A stretch of 64,000 nt of DNA from Steroidobacteraceae bacterium (GCA_036833805.1 DAITPA010000003.1:4059-68058); one strand, 5' to 3'. Numbered from the stretch's first letter, positions 20,477 through 29,515 are shown. Program-made: numbers and translations. Notes: generated by a model not told the origin, from the sequence alone.

Positions 20477-20843
20477 GCTGTCCCCTCATACGCGCCTCGC
20501 CGCGCAGCAGTCTGCGCCGCGGAACAATACCGCATCCAGGCGCGACGCGGCGCGGCGCCGTACGCGGAACGCTCGGACGACCGGGAGTGTGCTGCGCTCC
20601 GGCCGGCGCTCGCATATCCGTGACTGAACCACACTAGCAAGCGCGCCGGCAAGGACCACAGTAGTTAATGACAAGCACCGCTAAGATTCACTTGCTGGCC
20701 CACGAACTCAGGCGCGGGTTTGTGCTTTCGGCGTGGGCGTCCCGAGGCATCAGAGGCGATCGGTACCGTCAGAAGAGACGCCCAAATCGATTGTCGCGTT
20801 GCCGTGGCGCGTGTCAATGTGCCTTGCAACTTCGAGAATTGCG

Positions 20844-20874
20844 GTAGATTGCTACTCGGATTCGCTCAATCTAC
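20844..20874 (+). promoter_or_regulatory. 8-bp perfect hairpin immediately upstream of the GNAT start codon
   Basis: gtagattg (20844-20851) pairs with caatctac (20867-20874) across a 15-nt loop. The stem ends 12 nt before GTG 20887. Confidence 0.3.
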
Positions 20875-20886
20875 GAGAAATGCGCT

Positions 20887-21348
20887 GTGACACCTGCAAT
20901 TGACGTGCGCTGCGTGCGGCGCGATGACTTTTCGGCTTGGCAGGAACTTTGGAGCGGCTACAACGCGTTCTATGGCCGCGCAGGCGCGACGGCTCTGCCA
21001 ATCGAAGTCACACAGATGACGTGGTCGCGATTCTTTGACGAGTATGAGCCCATGCATGCACTGGTCGCGGAAAGGTCGGGCGCATTAATCGGCCTGACGC
21101 ACTTTCTCTATCATCGGAGCACGCTCCAGCTGAGCCCAACTTGTTATCTTCAGGACCTATTCACCGTGACGGCGGCGCGCGCGCAAGGTGTCGGGCGCGC
21201 ACTTATCCATGCTGTGTACGAACGCGCCAAGATCGCGGGATCAAGCCGCGTGTACTGGCACACGCATGAGACAAATGAGGTCGCCATGCGACTTTACGAC
21301 ACCGTAGCTGAGAAATCAGGTTTCATTGTCTATCGGCACTTGATATGA
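20887..21348 (+). CDS. GNAT family N-acetyltransferase
   Basis: 153-aa ORF (GTG start) with acetyl-CoA motif A-like QGVGRALIHAVYERAK and GNAT-like layout. Confidence 0.85.
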   Translation: MTPAIDVRCVRRDDFSAWQELWSGYNAFYGRAGATALPIEVTQMTWSRFFDEYEPMHALVAERSGALIGLTHFLYHRSTLQLSPTCYLQDLFTVTAARAQGVGRALIHAVYERAKIAGSSRVYWHTHETNEVAMRLYDTVAEKSGFIVYRHLI

Positions 21349-21408
21349 AAGCACGGCGCTCGCGCTAGCGGCGTGCGCGCGGCAGCGGAATGCTAAGGCG
21401 CGCCGCGG

Positions 21409-21663
21409 CTAGCGCGGCGGGACTCTCTCCTCGTCGTCGGCGTCATCATCTTCAGGATGACCCAACGCGTCCTCGTCGTCGACCTCGAACTCCTCGGGCG
21501 CTTCGGTGTTCTCATCGATCTCGCGTATAGGCGCTTCATTTTCAGCGTCATGTTCATCGTCGCGGTCATCGTCGTCATCTATGGTGCCGCTCGTCGGGTG
21601 CTCGGCGAGAAGCCATCTCAGGGATGCAGGCGCGGATGCGAGGATTGCGTGTGCATGGGTCAT
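21409..21663 (-). CDS. small, extremely acidic hypothetical protein (84 aa)
   Basis: ORF 21409..21762. The ATG at 21663 is preceded by AAGGA with 7-nt spacing. The product is MTHAHAILASAPASLRWLLAEHPTSGTIDDDDDRDDEHDAENEAPIREIDENTEAPEEFEVDDEDALGHPEDDDADDEERVPPR. No family was recognised. Confidence 0.5.
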   Translation of the reverse strand: MTHAHAILASAPASLRWLLAEHPTSGTIDDDDDRDDEHDAENEAPIREIDENTEAPEEFEVDDEDALGHPEDDDADDEERVPPR

Positions 21664-21786
21664 GCAAGGGTCCTTATGAAAATAAAAGCGACCCGACTCG
21701 CCCGCGTGCCGTTGCCGGGAAGCGAACGGAAACTGAGAAGTGCCGCGAGTAATTGGGCGCAACGAGAATCTGGAGCGAAGGATGTT

Positions 21787-22644
21787 CTACATCGCCGTTC
21801 GGATCTGCCACAGCTCGGGGAAGAATCTAAGCTCTGCAACCTTGGCGAGGTAGGAGACACCGGCGCTGCCACCCGTGCCGCGCTTAAAGCCGATAATGCG
21901 TTCCACTGTCGTCATGTGATGATAACGCCACAGCTGAAATTTATGGTCCAGGTCCACGAGGCGTTCGGCGAGCTCGTATAGGTCCCAATCCTTCTCCGCG
22001 TTATGATAAACACCAAGCCAGGCGCCGGCCACCGCTTTGCTCGCGCGATAGGGCACGCTGAAATCGCGCGACAGATACTCCTCAGGAATGCCGTAGCCAC
22101 GACGGCTCAGGAGGCGCAGCACCTCGTCGTACAATGACGGCGCCTTCAATACCCGCTCGAGCAACGCGTAGCCCGCCGGGTCGTGCTGGTGCACGGCAAT
22201 CATTTCGGCGTTCTTATTGCCGAGCCGGAACTCCAAGGTGCGGTACTGCAGCGACTGAAAACCGGAAGAGTGTCCGAGAAGATTGCGAAACGCCGAGTAA
22301 TCCGACGGTGTCATGGTCGCGAGCACATCCCAGATCGCGGTTAACTGCGTCTGCACATGAGTAACGCGTCCAAGCATCTTGAAGGAGGGATCAAGATCGT
22401 CACGTCGCACGCACTCGAGCACGCCGTCGAGCTCATGCAGGAAAAGCCGCAGCCACAGCTCTGAGGTTTGGTGCACGATGATGAACATCATCTCGTCGTG
22501 CTGATTGGAAAGCGGCTTCTGAGCGTCGAGAAGCTTTCCAAGCTGCAGATATTCACCGTACGAAAGCGATGCGCCGAGGTCCCAATGGATGGGCTCGTCG
22601 GACAGATCGACTTTCTCGGACTTCTCGAAGGGACGTTCAGTCAT
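21787..22644 (-). CDS. kynA: tryptophan 2,3-dioxygenase
   Basis: 285-aa ORF with MFIIVHQTSELWLRL, SGFQSLQYRTLEF, WRYHHMTTVERIIG and GTGGSAGVSYL. Confidence 0.9.
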   Translation of the reverse strand: MTERPFEKSEKVDLSDEPIHWDLGASLSYGEYLQLGKLLDAQKPLSNQHDEMMFIIVHQTSELWLRLFLHELDGVLECVRRDDLDPSFKMLGRVTHVQTQLTAIWDVLATMTPSDYSAFRNLLGHSSGFQSLQYRTLEFRLGNKNAEMIAVHQHDPAGYALLERVLKAPSLYDEVLRLLSRRGYGIPEEYLSRDFSVPYRASKAVAGAWLGVYHNAEKDWDLYELAERLVDLDHKFQLWRYHHMTTVERIIGFKRGTGGSAGVSYLAKVAELRFFPELWQIRTAM

Positions 22645-22667
22645 GGCAGCGCCAGCTCGAGAAGCGC

Positions 22668-23417
22668 TCAGGCTTTGCCGAAGACCCAGGATGGTACACG
22701 CCGCCAGCCATCGAGCAATTCGGTGTCGAGACGCTGGTAGTGCGGGCAGTGGTGCGAAACTTCCTGCCAGAAGGCGCGCGAATGATTCATGTGGCGAGTG
22801 TGCACGAGCTCATGCAGCAGCAGATAGCGCATTACCTCTGGCGTCTGAAACATGAGGCAGCTGTTCAAACTGATGGTTCCGCGTGTCGAACAGCTTCCCC
22901 AGCGCGTGCGCTGTCGGCGGATCGCAACCTGTTGATACCTATAGCCGAGACGGCGCGCGCATTCGGCCAGCGCAGGCACGAGAACGACGCGTGCGCGCTC
23001 CCCGAGCCAGCCGCGCAAGGCGCGGTGCGCGAGGCGTGCAGCGCACGCATCTCCAACCAGGCCCAGGATCCCGGGCGCAATGGCGCGCGCGCGCAGCGCT
23101 CCGTTGCCGCCCGCGAGATGCACGCGCCAGCTCTGCCCACAGGCGGCGAGCTCAATCGTGCGCGGGGGAAACGGTTCGGGAGCAGCGGCGCGCCGCCGCG
23201 CCTGAGCAAGCTTAGTCTCGATCCAAGCGCGGTGGCCATCGAGGAACTGTGCTATTGCGCGCCGCGAGGTTCGCCTCGGGACCACGATTTCAACGCGTCC
23301 GGTGTGAAATACACGCACGGCCAGCCGGCGTGCGCGGCGACTCTCGCGCACTGCCCAGGCCTCTGCGGCCGTATCGTCAGACCACAGGGGCAATTGCGGT
23401 GGGGCATCGTCAAGCAT
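22668..23417 (-). CDS. YgjP-like (DUF45/M48-type) metal-dependent hydrolase
   Basis: ORF 22668..23558. The ATG at 23417 gives about 250 aa. It carries the HExxH string LLHELVHTRHMNHSRAFW and a YgjP-like N-terminal beta region (RRLAVRVFHTGRVEIVVPRR). Confidence 0.8.
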   Translation of the reverse strand: MLDDAPPQLPLWSDDTAAEAWAVRESRRARRLAVRVFHTGRVEIVVPRRTSRRAIAQFLDGHRAWIETKLAQARRRAAAPEPFPPRTIELAACGQSWRVHLAGGNGALRARAIAPGILGLVGDACAARLAHRALRGWLGERARVVLVPALAECARRLGYRYQQVAIRRQRTRWGSCSTRGTISLNSCLMFQTPEVMRYLLLHELVHTRHMNHSRAFWQEVSHHCPHYQRLDTELLDGWRRVPSWVFGKA

Positions 23418-23511
23418 CACTGGCCTGCGATCATAACAGCCGTGCGAAGCTTCGCGGGCAGACGCCCGCCGCGCCGATCCGCTAGGATCGCGCGTTCCGT
23501 GTTCGTAGCCG

Positions 23512-24411
23512 ATGGATGCAAGCGTGAGCGAGCCCATTCTCGAAGTCCGCGAGCTCAAGAAGAGCTACGCCACGGTGACGGCGGTCGACGGGGTTTCGTT
23601 CGCGGTCTCGGGTGGCACGTGTTTCGGGCTTTTAGGTCCGAACGGCGCCGGCAAGACAACGACCATTGAGATCATGGAGGGCATCCTTGCGGCGACATCC
23701 GGGGACGTGCGCTACCGCGGCGAGCCCCTCGGCCGACGCTCGCGCGAGGACTCGGGCATCCTGTTTCAGAAGACGGCACTGCAGGACTTCCTGACGGTGC
23801 GGCAGAGCCTGACGATGTTTCGCAACCTGTATAGCCGCGGTCATTCCGTGGATGAACTCGTGAAATTGTGCGCGCTCGAGAAACTGCAGGATCGCGATAC
23901 ACGCAAGCTCTCCGGTGGACAGCAGCAGCGCCTGCTGCTCGCGATCGCACTCGCCAATGACCCGACGGTACTTTTCCTGGATGAGCCGACGACCGGACTC
24001 GACCCGCAGGCGCGGCGCAATTTCTGGGAGCTGGTGCAGTCGATCAAGGCAAGCCGCAAAACCATCATCCTCACCACTCATTACATGGACGAGGCGGAGC
24101 TCCTTTGCGATGAGATCGCCATCATGGATCGCGGACGGATCATCGCGCAGGGCGGACCGCGCGCTCTTCTGCACGAGCACTTTGCCGAAGTGCTGCTGGA
24201 ACTTCCGAAACAGGAATTTCCCGCAGCCGCTCGCAGCTTGCCGCTGCGGCTGTTCGAAGCGGGCGATCGCATAGAGATCACGACGGATGATCTTGACGGG
24301 ACGTTGCGCACACTGATGGACGCCCAGGTGCCGCTGACGAACCTGCGCATTCGGCCGCCGAACCTTGAAGATCTTTTCCTCGAGCTCACCGGCAAGGAGC
24401 TGCGCACGTGA
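23512..24411 (+). CDS. ABC transporter ATP-binding protein (ABC-2 type)
   Basis: Walker A GPNGAGKTT, signature LSGGQQQRL and Walker B LFLDEPTTGLD. ATGA-type overlap with the permease gene. Confidence 0.9.
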   Translation: MDASVSEPILEVRELKKSYATVTAVDGVSFAVSGGTCFGLLGPNGAGKTTTIEIMEGILAATSGDVRYRGEPLGRRSREDSGILFQKTALQDFLTVRQSLTMFRNLYSRGHSVDELVKLCALEKLQDRDTRKLSGGQQQRLLLAIALANDPTVLFLDEPTTGLDPQARRNFWELVQSIKASRKTIILTTHYMDEAELLCDEIAIMDRGRIIAQGGPRALLHEHFAEVLLELPKQEFPAAARSLPLRLFEAGDRIEITTDDLDGTLRTLMDAQVPLTNLRIRPPNLEDLFLELTGKELRT

Positions 24412-25415
24412 TGCAGCGCCTGCTCGCCGTGTGGCATGCGCGCAATCTCGAGTTTGTGCGCGATCGCAGCACACTGCTGTTCACGCTGGTGGTACCGATT
24501 GCGCTCGTCGTCGGCATGAGCATTGTCTTCGGCGGACCCGAGCGTCCACTTTTCAAAGTCGGTGTGCTGAGCACGCACGTGGCGCAAGAGCGCCATCCCT
24601 TCCTGCACGAACGCTTCGTCGATTTCGTGCCCGTCACCGACCGCGCGGACGCGATCCGCAAAGTCGGGCGCCATCAGCTCGACCTCCTCCTCGACCCGCA
24701 GGGCGCTGCGCATTATTGGGTCAATACCGATTCGCCGAAGGGCTACATTGTCGAGAAGCTGCTCTTGTCGGCGGATCACGCCGCGCTGCGCGAGCCCGTC
24801 ACCGGTACGGCCGTGCGCTACGTTGATTGGCTGTTCCCCGGTGTGCTCGGCATGAACATGATGTTCAGCTGTCTCTTTGGGGTCGGCTATGTAGTACTGC
24901 GGTACCGAAAAAGCGGTTTCTTAAAGCGCTTGCATGCGACTCCGCTCACGCCGTTTGAGTTCCTAAGCGCACAGGTGCTCTCGCGGTTGAGCCTGGTGCT
25001 TCTTGTGACAGTCATTCTGTACTGCGGTGTGAGCCCTATAATCCACTTCCACACGGCCGGCAGCATTGCGCTCTTGTGCCTGATCGCCGTAATGGGCGCG
25101 TTGTCGATGATTGCGCTCGGACTTACGATCGCGGCACGCTTCTCGAGTGACGAGTTGGTAGGAGGCGTCTTGAATCTCATGACCTGGCCCATGATGCTGC
25201 TGTCGGGGATCTGGTATTCGCTCGAGGGTTCGCCCCAGTGGGTGCGCCTCCTCGCACAGGTGTTTCCGCTGACGCACATGCTCAATGCCGCGCGCGCCGT
25301 CATGATCGATGGAGTGGGTGTCACACAGGTAGCGCCCGACCTCGCCTATCTTGGAGTGACGGCGCTTGCATTCTTAGCCTTCGGCGCATGGTCGTTTCGC
25401 TGGCGGATTGACTGA
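24408..25415 (+). CDS. ABC-2 family transporter permease
   Basis: 335-aa ORF with multiple hydrophobic spans in the C-terminal two thirds. It is coupled to the preceding ATPase gene. Confidence 0.85.
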   Translation: MMQRLLAVWHARNLEFVRDRSTLLFTLVVPIALVVGMSIVFGGPERPLFKVGVLSTHVAQERHPFLHERFVDFVPVTDRADAIRKVGRHQLDLLLDPQGAAHYWVNTDSPKGYIVEKLLLSADHAALREPVTGTAVRYVDWLFPGVLGMNMMFSCLFGVGYVVLRYRKSGFLKRLHATPLTPFEFLSAQVLSRLSLVLLVTVILYCGVSPIIHFHTAGSIALLCLIAVMGALSMIALGLTIAARFSSDELVGGVLNLMTWPMMLLSGIWYSLEGSPQWVRLLAQVFPLTHMLNAARAVMIDGVGVTQVAPDLAYLGVTALAFLAFGAWSFRWRID

Positions 25416-26449
25416 TGCGCTTCTTGAGCGACAACACCGCCAGCGCCAGCACGGAAATCGTGGACGCGATCATTGCCGTCAACCGCGGGCTTGAGCCCGC
25501 CTATGGCGACGACCCATGGTCGAAGCGGCTCGATCAGGCGTTCGCGGCATACTTTGCGACCGAAGTGCGCGTGTTCACCGTCGCGACCGGCACGGCGGCG
25601 AATTCACTCGCGCTCGCCACCGTGACACCACCCTATGGAGCGATCTTCGCGCATGCGGAAGCTCACGTGGTGCGCGATGAATGCAGCGCGCCCGAGTTCT
25701 TCTCCGGCGGCGCCCGCATCATTGTCTTGCCGGGAGCGCAGGCTAAAGTGACCGTTGATGCATTGGCGCGCGCCCTGGAGTCGAATCCGGCGACCGTGCA
25801 CACCGTACAGCCCGCAGCACTCACGTTGACGCAGGCGACGGAGTGCGGCACGGTGTACCGCATCCACGAGATTGCCGCACTCGCGCACTTGGCCCATCAG
25901 CACGGCCTCGCCGTGCACATGGACGGCGCACGCTTTGCGAATGCGGTCGCCACTCTGGGGTGCCACCCGGCCGACACGACCTGGCGGGCAGGCATTGATG
26001 TGCTGTCATTTGGGGCCACGAAAAACGGCGCGCTCGGCGCCGAGGCAATCGTGTTCTTTGATTTGCAGCGCGTCGCCGACTTTGAATTGCGGCGCAAACG
26101 CTCCGGCCAGCTGTTATCCAAGTCCCGCTACGCCGCCGCACAACTCCTCGCCTACATCGAGTCCGGGCTTTGGCGGCGCAACGCTGAACGCGCCAATGCT
26201 CTCGCACTGCGTATTGGCGCTGCCGCAGCCGATAGGCTGCAAAATCCGGTCGAGGCGAACGAGGTCTTCATGCGCCTTGCAGACGAGGAAAAAAGCGCGC
26301 TGCGCGCGGCGGGATTTGAGTTCTATGACTGGGGTGCGGAGCGCTCGGGCCAAGCGCGCTTCGTGGTCTCGTGGGACCAGCCCGACGAAGACGTGAGCGC
26401 CTTGTGCGCGGCCCTGTCGCGCACAGTAAAAGCCGTCAACTTGCGGTGA
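25415..26449 (+). CDS. ltaE: low-specificity L-threonine aldolase
   Basis: 344-aa ORF with FLSDN at the N-terminus, GTAANSLAL, HMDGARFANA and the PLP-lysine region SFGATKNGA. Confidence 0.85.
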   Translation: MRFLSDNTASASTEIVDAIIAVNRGLEPAYGDDPWSKRLDQAFAAYFATEVRVFTVATGTAANSLALATVTPPYGAIFAHAEAHVVRDECSAPEFFSGGARIIVLPGAQAKVTVDALARALESNPATVHTVQPAALTLTQATECGTVYRIHEIAALAHLAHQHGLAVHMDGARFANAVATLGCHPADTTWRAGIDVLSFGATKNGALGAEAIVFFDLQRVADFELRRKRSGQLLSKSRYAAAQLLAYIESGLWRRNAERANALALRIGAAAADRLQNPVEANEVFMRLADEEKSALRAAGFEFYDWGAERSGQARFVVSWDQPDEDVSALCAALSRTVKAVNLR

Positions 26450-27200
26450 TGTGCGCGATCAAACGCCGCGCCAGCTGAAAATCTGGCGCCATAAGCAGAG
26501 CTCTCTCGAGCGCATCGCGCGCGCCGCCGACGTCGCCGCGATCGAGGTCGCAGCGCGCCCGATACGCGTAGCCTTCCGCAGCACCCCATTCCGGAACATG
26601 CTCCTCAGCGACGCGTGCGGCTTCGAACGCGGCGACTGCCGCCTGCAACTCGCCGCAGGCGCGAGCTTTGCCGGCCTGCCCTGCACCCTGGGGGCGCTCG
26701 TAGTGGAGCGAGCCATCGAGCAGCAGCGCGCGCGGATTGTGCGGCTCGAGCTCGAGCGCGCGTGCAAGCTGCGAGCGACTGTGGGGTCCTGCAAACGGCG
26801 CCCGCAGAGGTTTCAGCTCCGCAACCGATCCCAAGCAAGCCCCCTGCAAGGCGAGGGCATCGGCCCAGTCAGCGCGCGCTTGCAGCACCGCGTCGAGATT
26901 TGCGACACAGCGCTCGGCCACAGCAGAGGCCCGCGGTTTGTCGCGGGCCTCAACGGTGCGCGCCAGGCGATAATAGGCGAGCGCCGCATAGTAACCTTGC
27001 AGCGGCTCTGTCGCCGATTTGGAGTCGAGTCGCGCAGCCAGATTGGCGAGCGCGCGCACATCCTCGGTGTAGAACGCGTATTGGATCTGGCCCTCGGTGT
27101 CGAGCCATTCCGCATCGCTCGCAGCAGGCGCTGCGCCCGCGACCAGCAGGCAAGCAACGCACGCAAGCAGCGCGCGTCTCGTAGAATGTCGGGTGCGCAT
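26436..27200 (-). CDS. secreted hypothetical protein, TPR-like helical repeats
   Basis: ORF 26436..27362. The ATG at 27200 gives signal peptide MRTRHSTRRALLACVACLLVAGAAPAASD. The body is Ala/Leu-rich and helical, with TPR-like ALELEPHNPRALLLDG. Confidence 0.6.
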   Translation of the reverse strand: MRTRHSTRRALLACVACLLVAGAAPAASDAEWLDTEGQIQYAFYTEDVRALANLAARLDSKSATEPLQGYYAALAYYRLARTVEARDKPRASAVAERCVANLDAVLQARADWADALALQGACLGSVAELKPLRAPFAGPHSRSQLARALELEPHNPRALLLDGSLHYERPQGAGQAGKARACGELQAAVAAFEAARVAEEHVPEWGAAEGYAYRARCDLDRGDVGGARDALERALLMAPDFQLARRLIAHITAS

Positions 27201-28050
27201 GACAGTCGATACTACAGCGTTCCCCTCGCCCGCCGCATCCGCTGCCACGCGGGCGTCGCTCATCGATATCGGTGTCAATCTTGCGCACGATAGTTTTGCG
27301 GTGGACCGCGACGCCGTGCTCCACCGCGCTGCCGCAGCCGGCGTGGTGCAGATGATCGTCACCGGCTCGAGCCTCGACAGTACCCGCCAAGCGCTGGCAC
27401 TTGCACGAGTCCATCCGCAACGGCTCTTTGCAACAGCGGGCGTTCATCCGCATTACGCGGATGAATGGTCGGCCGGGCTAGCATCGGAACTCGCCGAGCT
27501 TGCGCAGGCGCCCGAGGTCGTAGCGATCGGCGAGTGCGGACTTGATTACTACCGCAATCTCGCCGCGCATGATGCGCAGCGCGAAGCCCTTCACGGCCAG
27601 CTCGAACTCGCGGCAGCGACGAGGAAGCCGGTATTTCTGCATCAGCGTGATGCGCATGCGGATTTCCTCGCGATTGTGCGTGAGCATCGTGCAACACTCG
27701 CAGGCGCGGTGGCGCATTGCTTCACGGGAACGGCTACCGAACTTGAGTCTTGCCTCGATTTGCGATTGCTCATCGGCATCACGGGCTGGATCTGCGATGA
27801 ACGGCGCGGCGCACATCTGCTGCCGCTGATGCGAACGATTCCGGCGCGCGACCTCATGCTCGAGACCGACGCGCCCTATCTCATGCCGCGCGACCTGTCT
27901 CCCAAGCCCATCTCGCGCCGCAATGAGCCTGCCTATCTTCCGCATATCGCAGCGACGGTTGCGCGCGCGCGCGGCACGACACTCGAGAAGATCGCGCAAG
28001 AGACGTCTGAGAATGCGCGGCGGTTTTTTAACTTACCTAGTATTGAGTAG
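27199..28050 (+). CDS. tatD: TatD family deoxyribonuclease/hydrolase
   Basis: ORF 27097(GTG)..28050. The ATG at 27199 was chosen. Strings LIDIGVNLAHD, VAIGECGLDY, PVFLHQRDAH, ITGWICDERRG and ETDAPYLMPRD closely parallel E. coli TatD. Confidence 0.85.
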   Translation: MTVDTTAFPSPAASAATRASLIDIGVNLAHDSFAVDRDAVLHRAAAAGVVQMIVTGSSLDSTRQALALARVHPQRLFATAGVHPHYADEWSAGLASELAELAQAPEVVAIGECGLDYYRNLAAHDAQREALHGQLELAAATRKPVFLHQRDAHADFLAIVREHRATLAGAVAHCFTGTATELESCLDLRLLIGITGWICDERRGAHLLPLMRTIPARDLMLETDAPYLMPRDLSPKPISRRNEPAYLPHIAATVARARGTTLEKIAQETSENARRFFNLPSIE

Positions 28051-28090
28051 AAGTGATATCTGTAACACACTGTTAATACTGAGATTATAG

Positions 28091-29515
28091 ATGCACAACA
28101 TTAACCCCACAGACCTGCTGCAAAGCATCGAGGGCTATTGGCGAGATTCCATTCTCGATCGGCTCGCGGCCTACATCCGCATACCTAATCAGTCGCCGAT
28201 GTTTGATCCGCAATGGGAGAGCCACGGGCACATGGAAGCGGCCGTCACCTTGATGGCCGACTGGTGCCGCGCGCAGCCCATTCCCGGAATGCGTGTGGAT
28301 GTGCGTCGCCTGCCGGGACTCACACCGCTCCTCATCGTCGATGTGCCGGGCGCGCTCCCCGGGTCGGTGCTGCTCTATGGCCACTTGGATAAGCAGCCCG
28401 AATTTACCGGATGGGAACCGGATCTGGGTCCCTGGTCGCCAGTAATCCGCGACGGCAAGCTCTATGGGCGCGGCGGCGCGGACGATGGCTACGCCGTTTT
28501 CAGTTCTCTCGCAGCGATCCTCGCGCTGAAGCAGCGCAGCGTCGCCCTGCCACGCTGTCTCCTCATGATCGAAGCGTCCGAAGAGAGCGGCAGCATTCAT
28601 CTGGCCGCACATCTGGACGCGCTGGGAGCCGGGCTTGCAACCCCGTCGCTCGTCATTTGCCTCGATGCGGAATGCGGCAATTACGCGCAGTTGTGGTCCA
28701 CAACGTCGCTGCGCGGCAACCTCGTTGGCCGCTTGCATGTTCGCGTATTGAACGAAGGTGTGCATTCCGGCATGGCCACCGGCATTGCACCGACCGCGTT
28801 TCGAATCGTCGAGCAGCTCCTCGCCCGCCTCGAAAATCCCGTCACCGGAGATCTGCTGTTGGACGAGCTGCAGGCGGCGATCCCGAATGATCGGCGCGCG
28901 CAGCTCGCGATCGCGGCACGCGTACTGGGTCCAGCGGTCGCCGCAAAGGTGCCGTTCGCGCAAGGCGTGCGGGCGCTGTCCAATGATCCGTTCGAACTCC
29001 TCATCAATTCGACGTGGCGCGCAACCCTCGCCGTGACCGGTGCCGACGGCCTGCCCGCAGTGCAGTCCGCGGGCAATGTGCTGCTGCCGGAGATCTCCCT
29101 CAAGCTATCGCTGCGCCTGCCGCCGGACTGCGACGCCGAACGCGCCGACGCCGCCGTACGCACAACGCTGGAGCGCGACCCGCCCTACGGCGCACAGGTT
29201 CAATTTGAAAGTGAGGGCGCGACCGCCGGCTGGAATGCGCCGCCGCTTGCCGCGTGGCTTGAGCGCTCAATGAGCGCGGCTTCACAGGCCATATTTGGCC
29301 GTGACGCCGTGCATGTCGGCTCAGGCGGCACGATTCCTTTCATGGCAGTTCTGGGGGACAGATTCCCCGAGACGCAGTTCTTCGTTACCGGCGTCCTGGG
29401 TCCACAGGCGAACGCGCATGGACCCAATGAGTTTTTGCATATCGACTACGCGCGCCGCTTGACGGCCTGCGTCGCGCTCGTGTTGGCGGACTTTGCCGCG
29501 CAGGCGAGACTTTAG
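28091..29515 (+). CDS. M20 family metallopeptidase (dipeptidase-like)
   Basis: 474-aa ORF with YGHLDKQP, YGRGGADDGYA and EASEESGS. It is preceded by a locally AT-rich 40-bp stretch. Confidence 0.85.
   Translation: MHNINPTDLLQSIEGYWRDSILDRLAAYIRIPNQSPMFDPQWESHGHMEAAVTLMADWCRAQPIPGMRVDVRRLPGLTPLLIVDVPGALPGSVLLYGHLDKQPEFTGWEPDLGPWSPVIRDGKLYGRGGADDGYAVFSSLAAILALKQRSVALPRCLLMIEASEESGSIHLAAHLDALGAGLATPSLVICLDAECGNYAQLWSTTSLRGNLVGRLHVRVLNEGVHSGMATGIAPTAFRIVEQLLARLENPVTGDLLLDELQAAIPNDRRAQLAIAARVLGPAVAAKVPFAQGVRALSNDPFELLINSTWRATLAVTGADGLPAVQSAGNVLLPEISLKLSLRLPPDCDAERADAAVRTTLERDPPYGAQVQFESEGATAGWNAPPLAAWLERSMSAASQAIFGRDAVHVGSGGTIPFMAVLGDRFPETQFFVTGVLGPQANAHGPNEFLHIDYARRLTACVALVLADFAAQARL

Noticed and set aside
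20668-20847. 59-aa plus-strand ORF (MTSTAKIHLLAHELRRGF...) in the long gap upstream of the GNAT gene
   Set aside because: No RBS, an Arg/Cys-rich C-terminal half and no recognisable family. It is probably not translated.
20887-21663. GNAT acetyltransferase plus small acidic protein as a GNAT-type toxin-antitoxin pair
   Set aside because: The two genes are convergent rather than co-transcribed. The acidic ORF has no RHH/DUF1778-like DNA-binding region, and the GNAT looks like an ordinary housekeeping acetyltransferase.
22569-23669. 366-aa plus-strand ORF
   Set aside because: Antisense to the YgjP-like hydrolase gene and out of frame with the ABC ATPase start. Arg-rich with no motifs.
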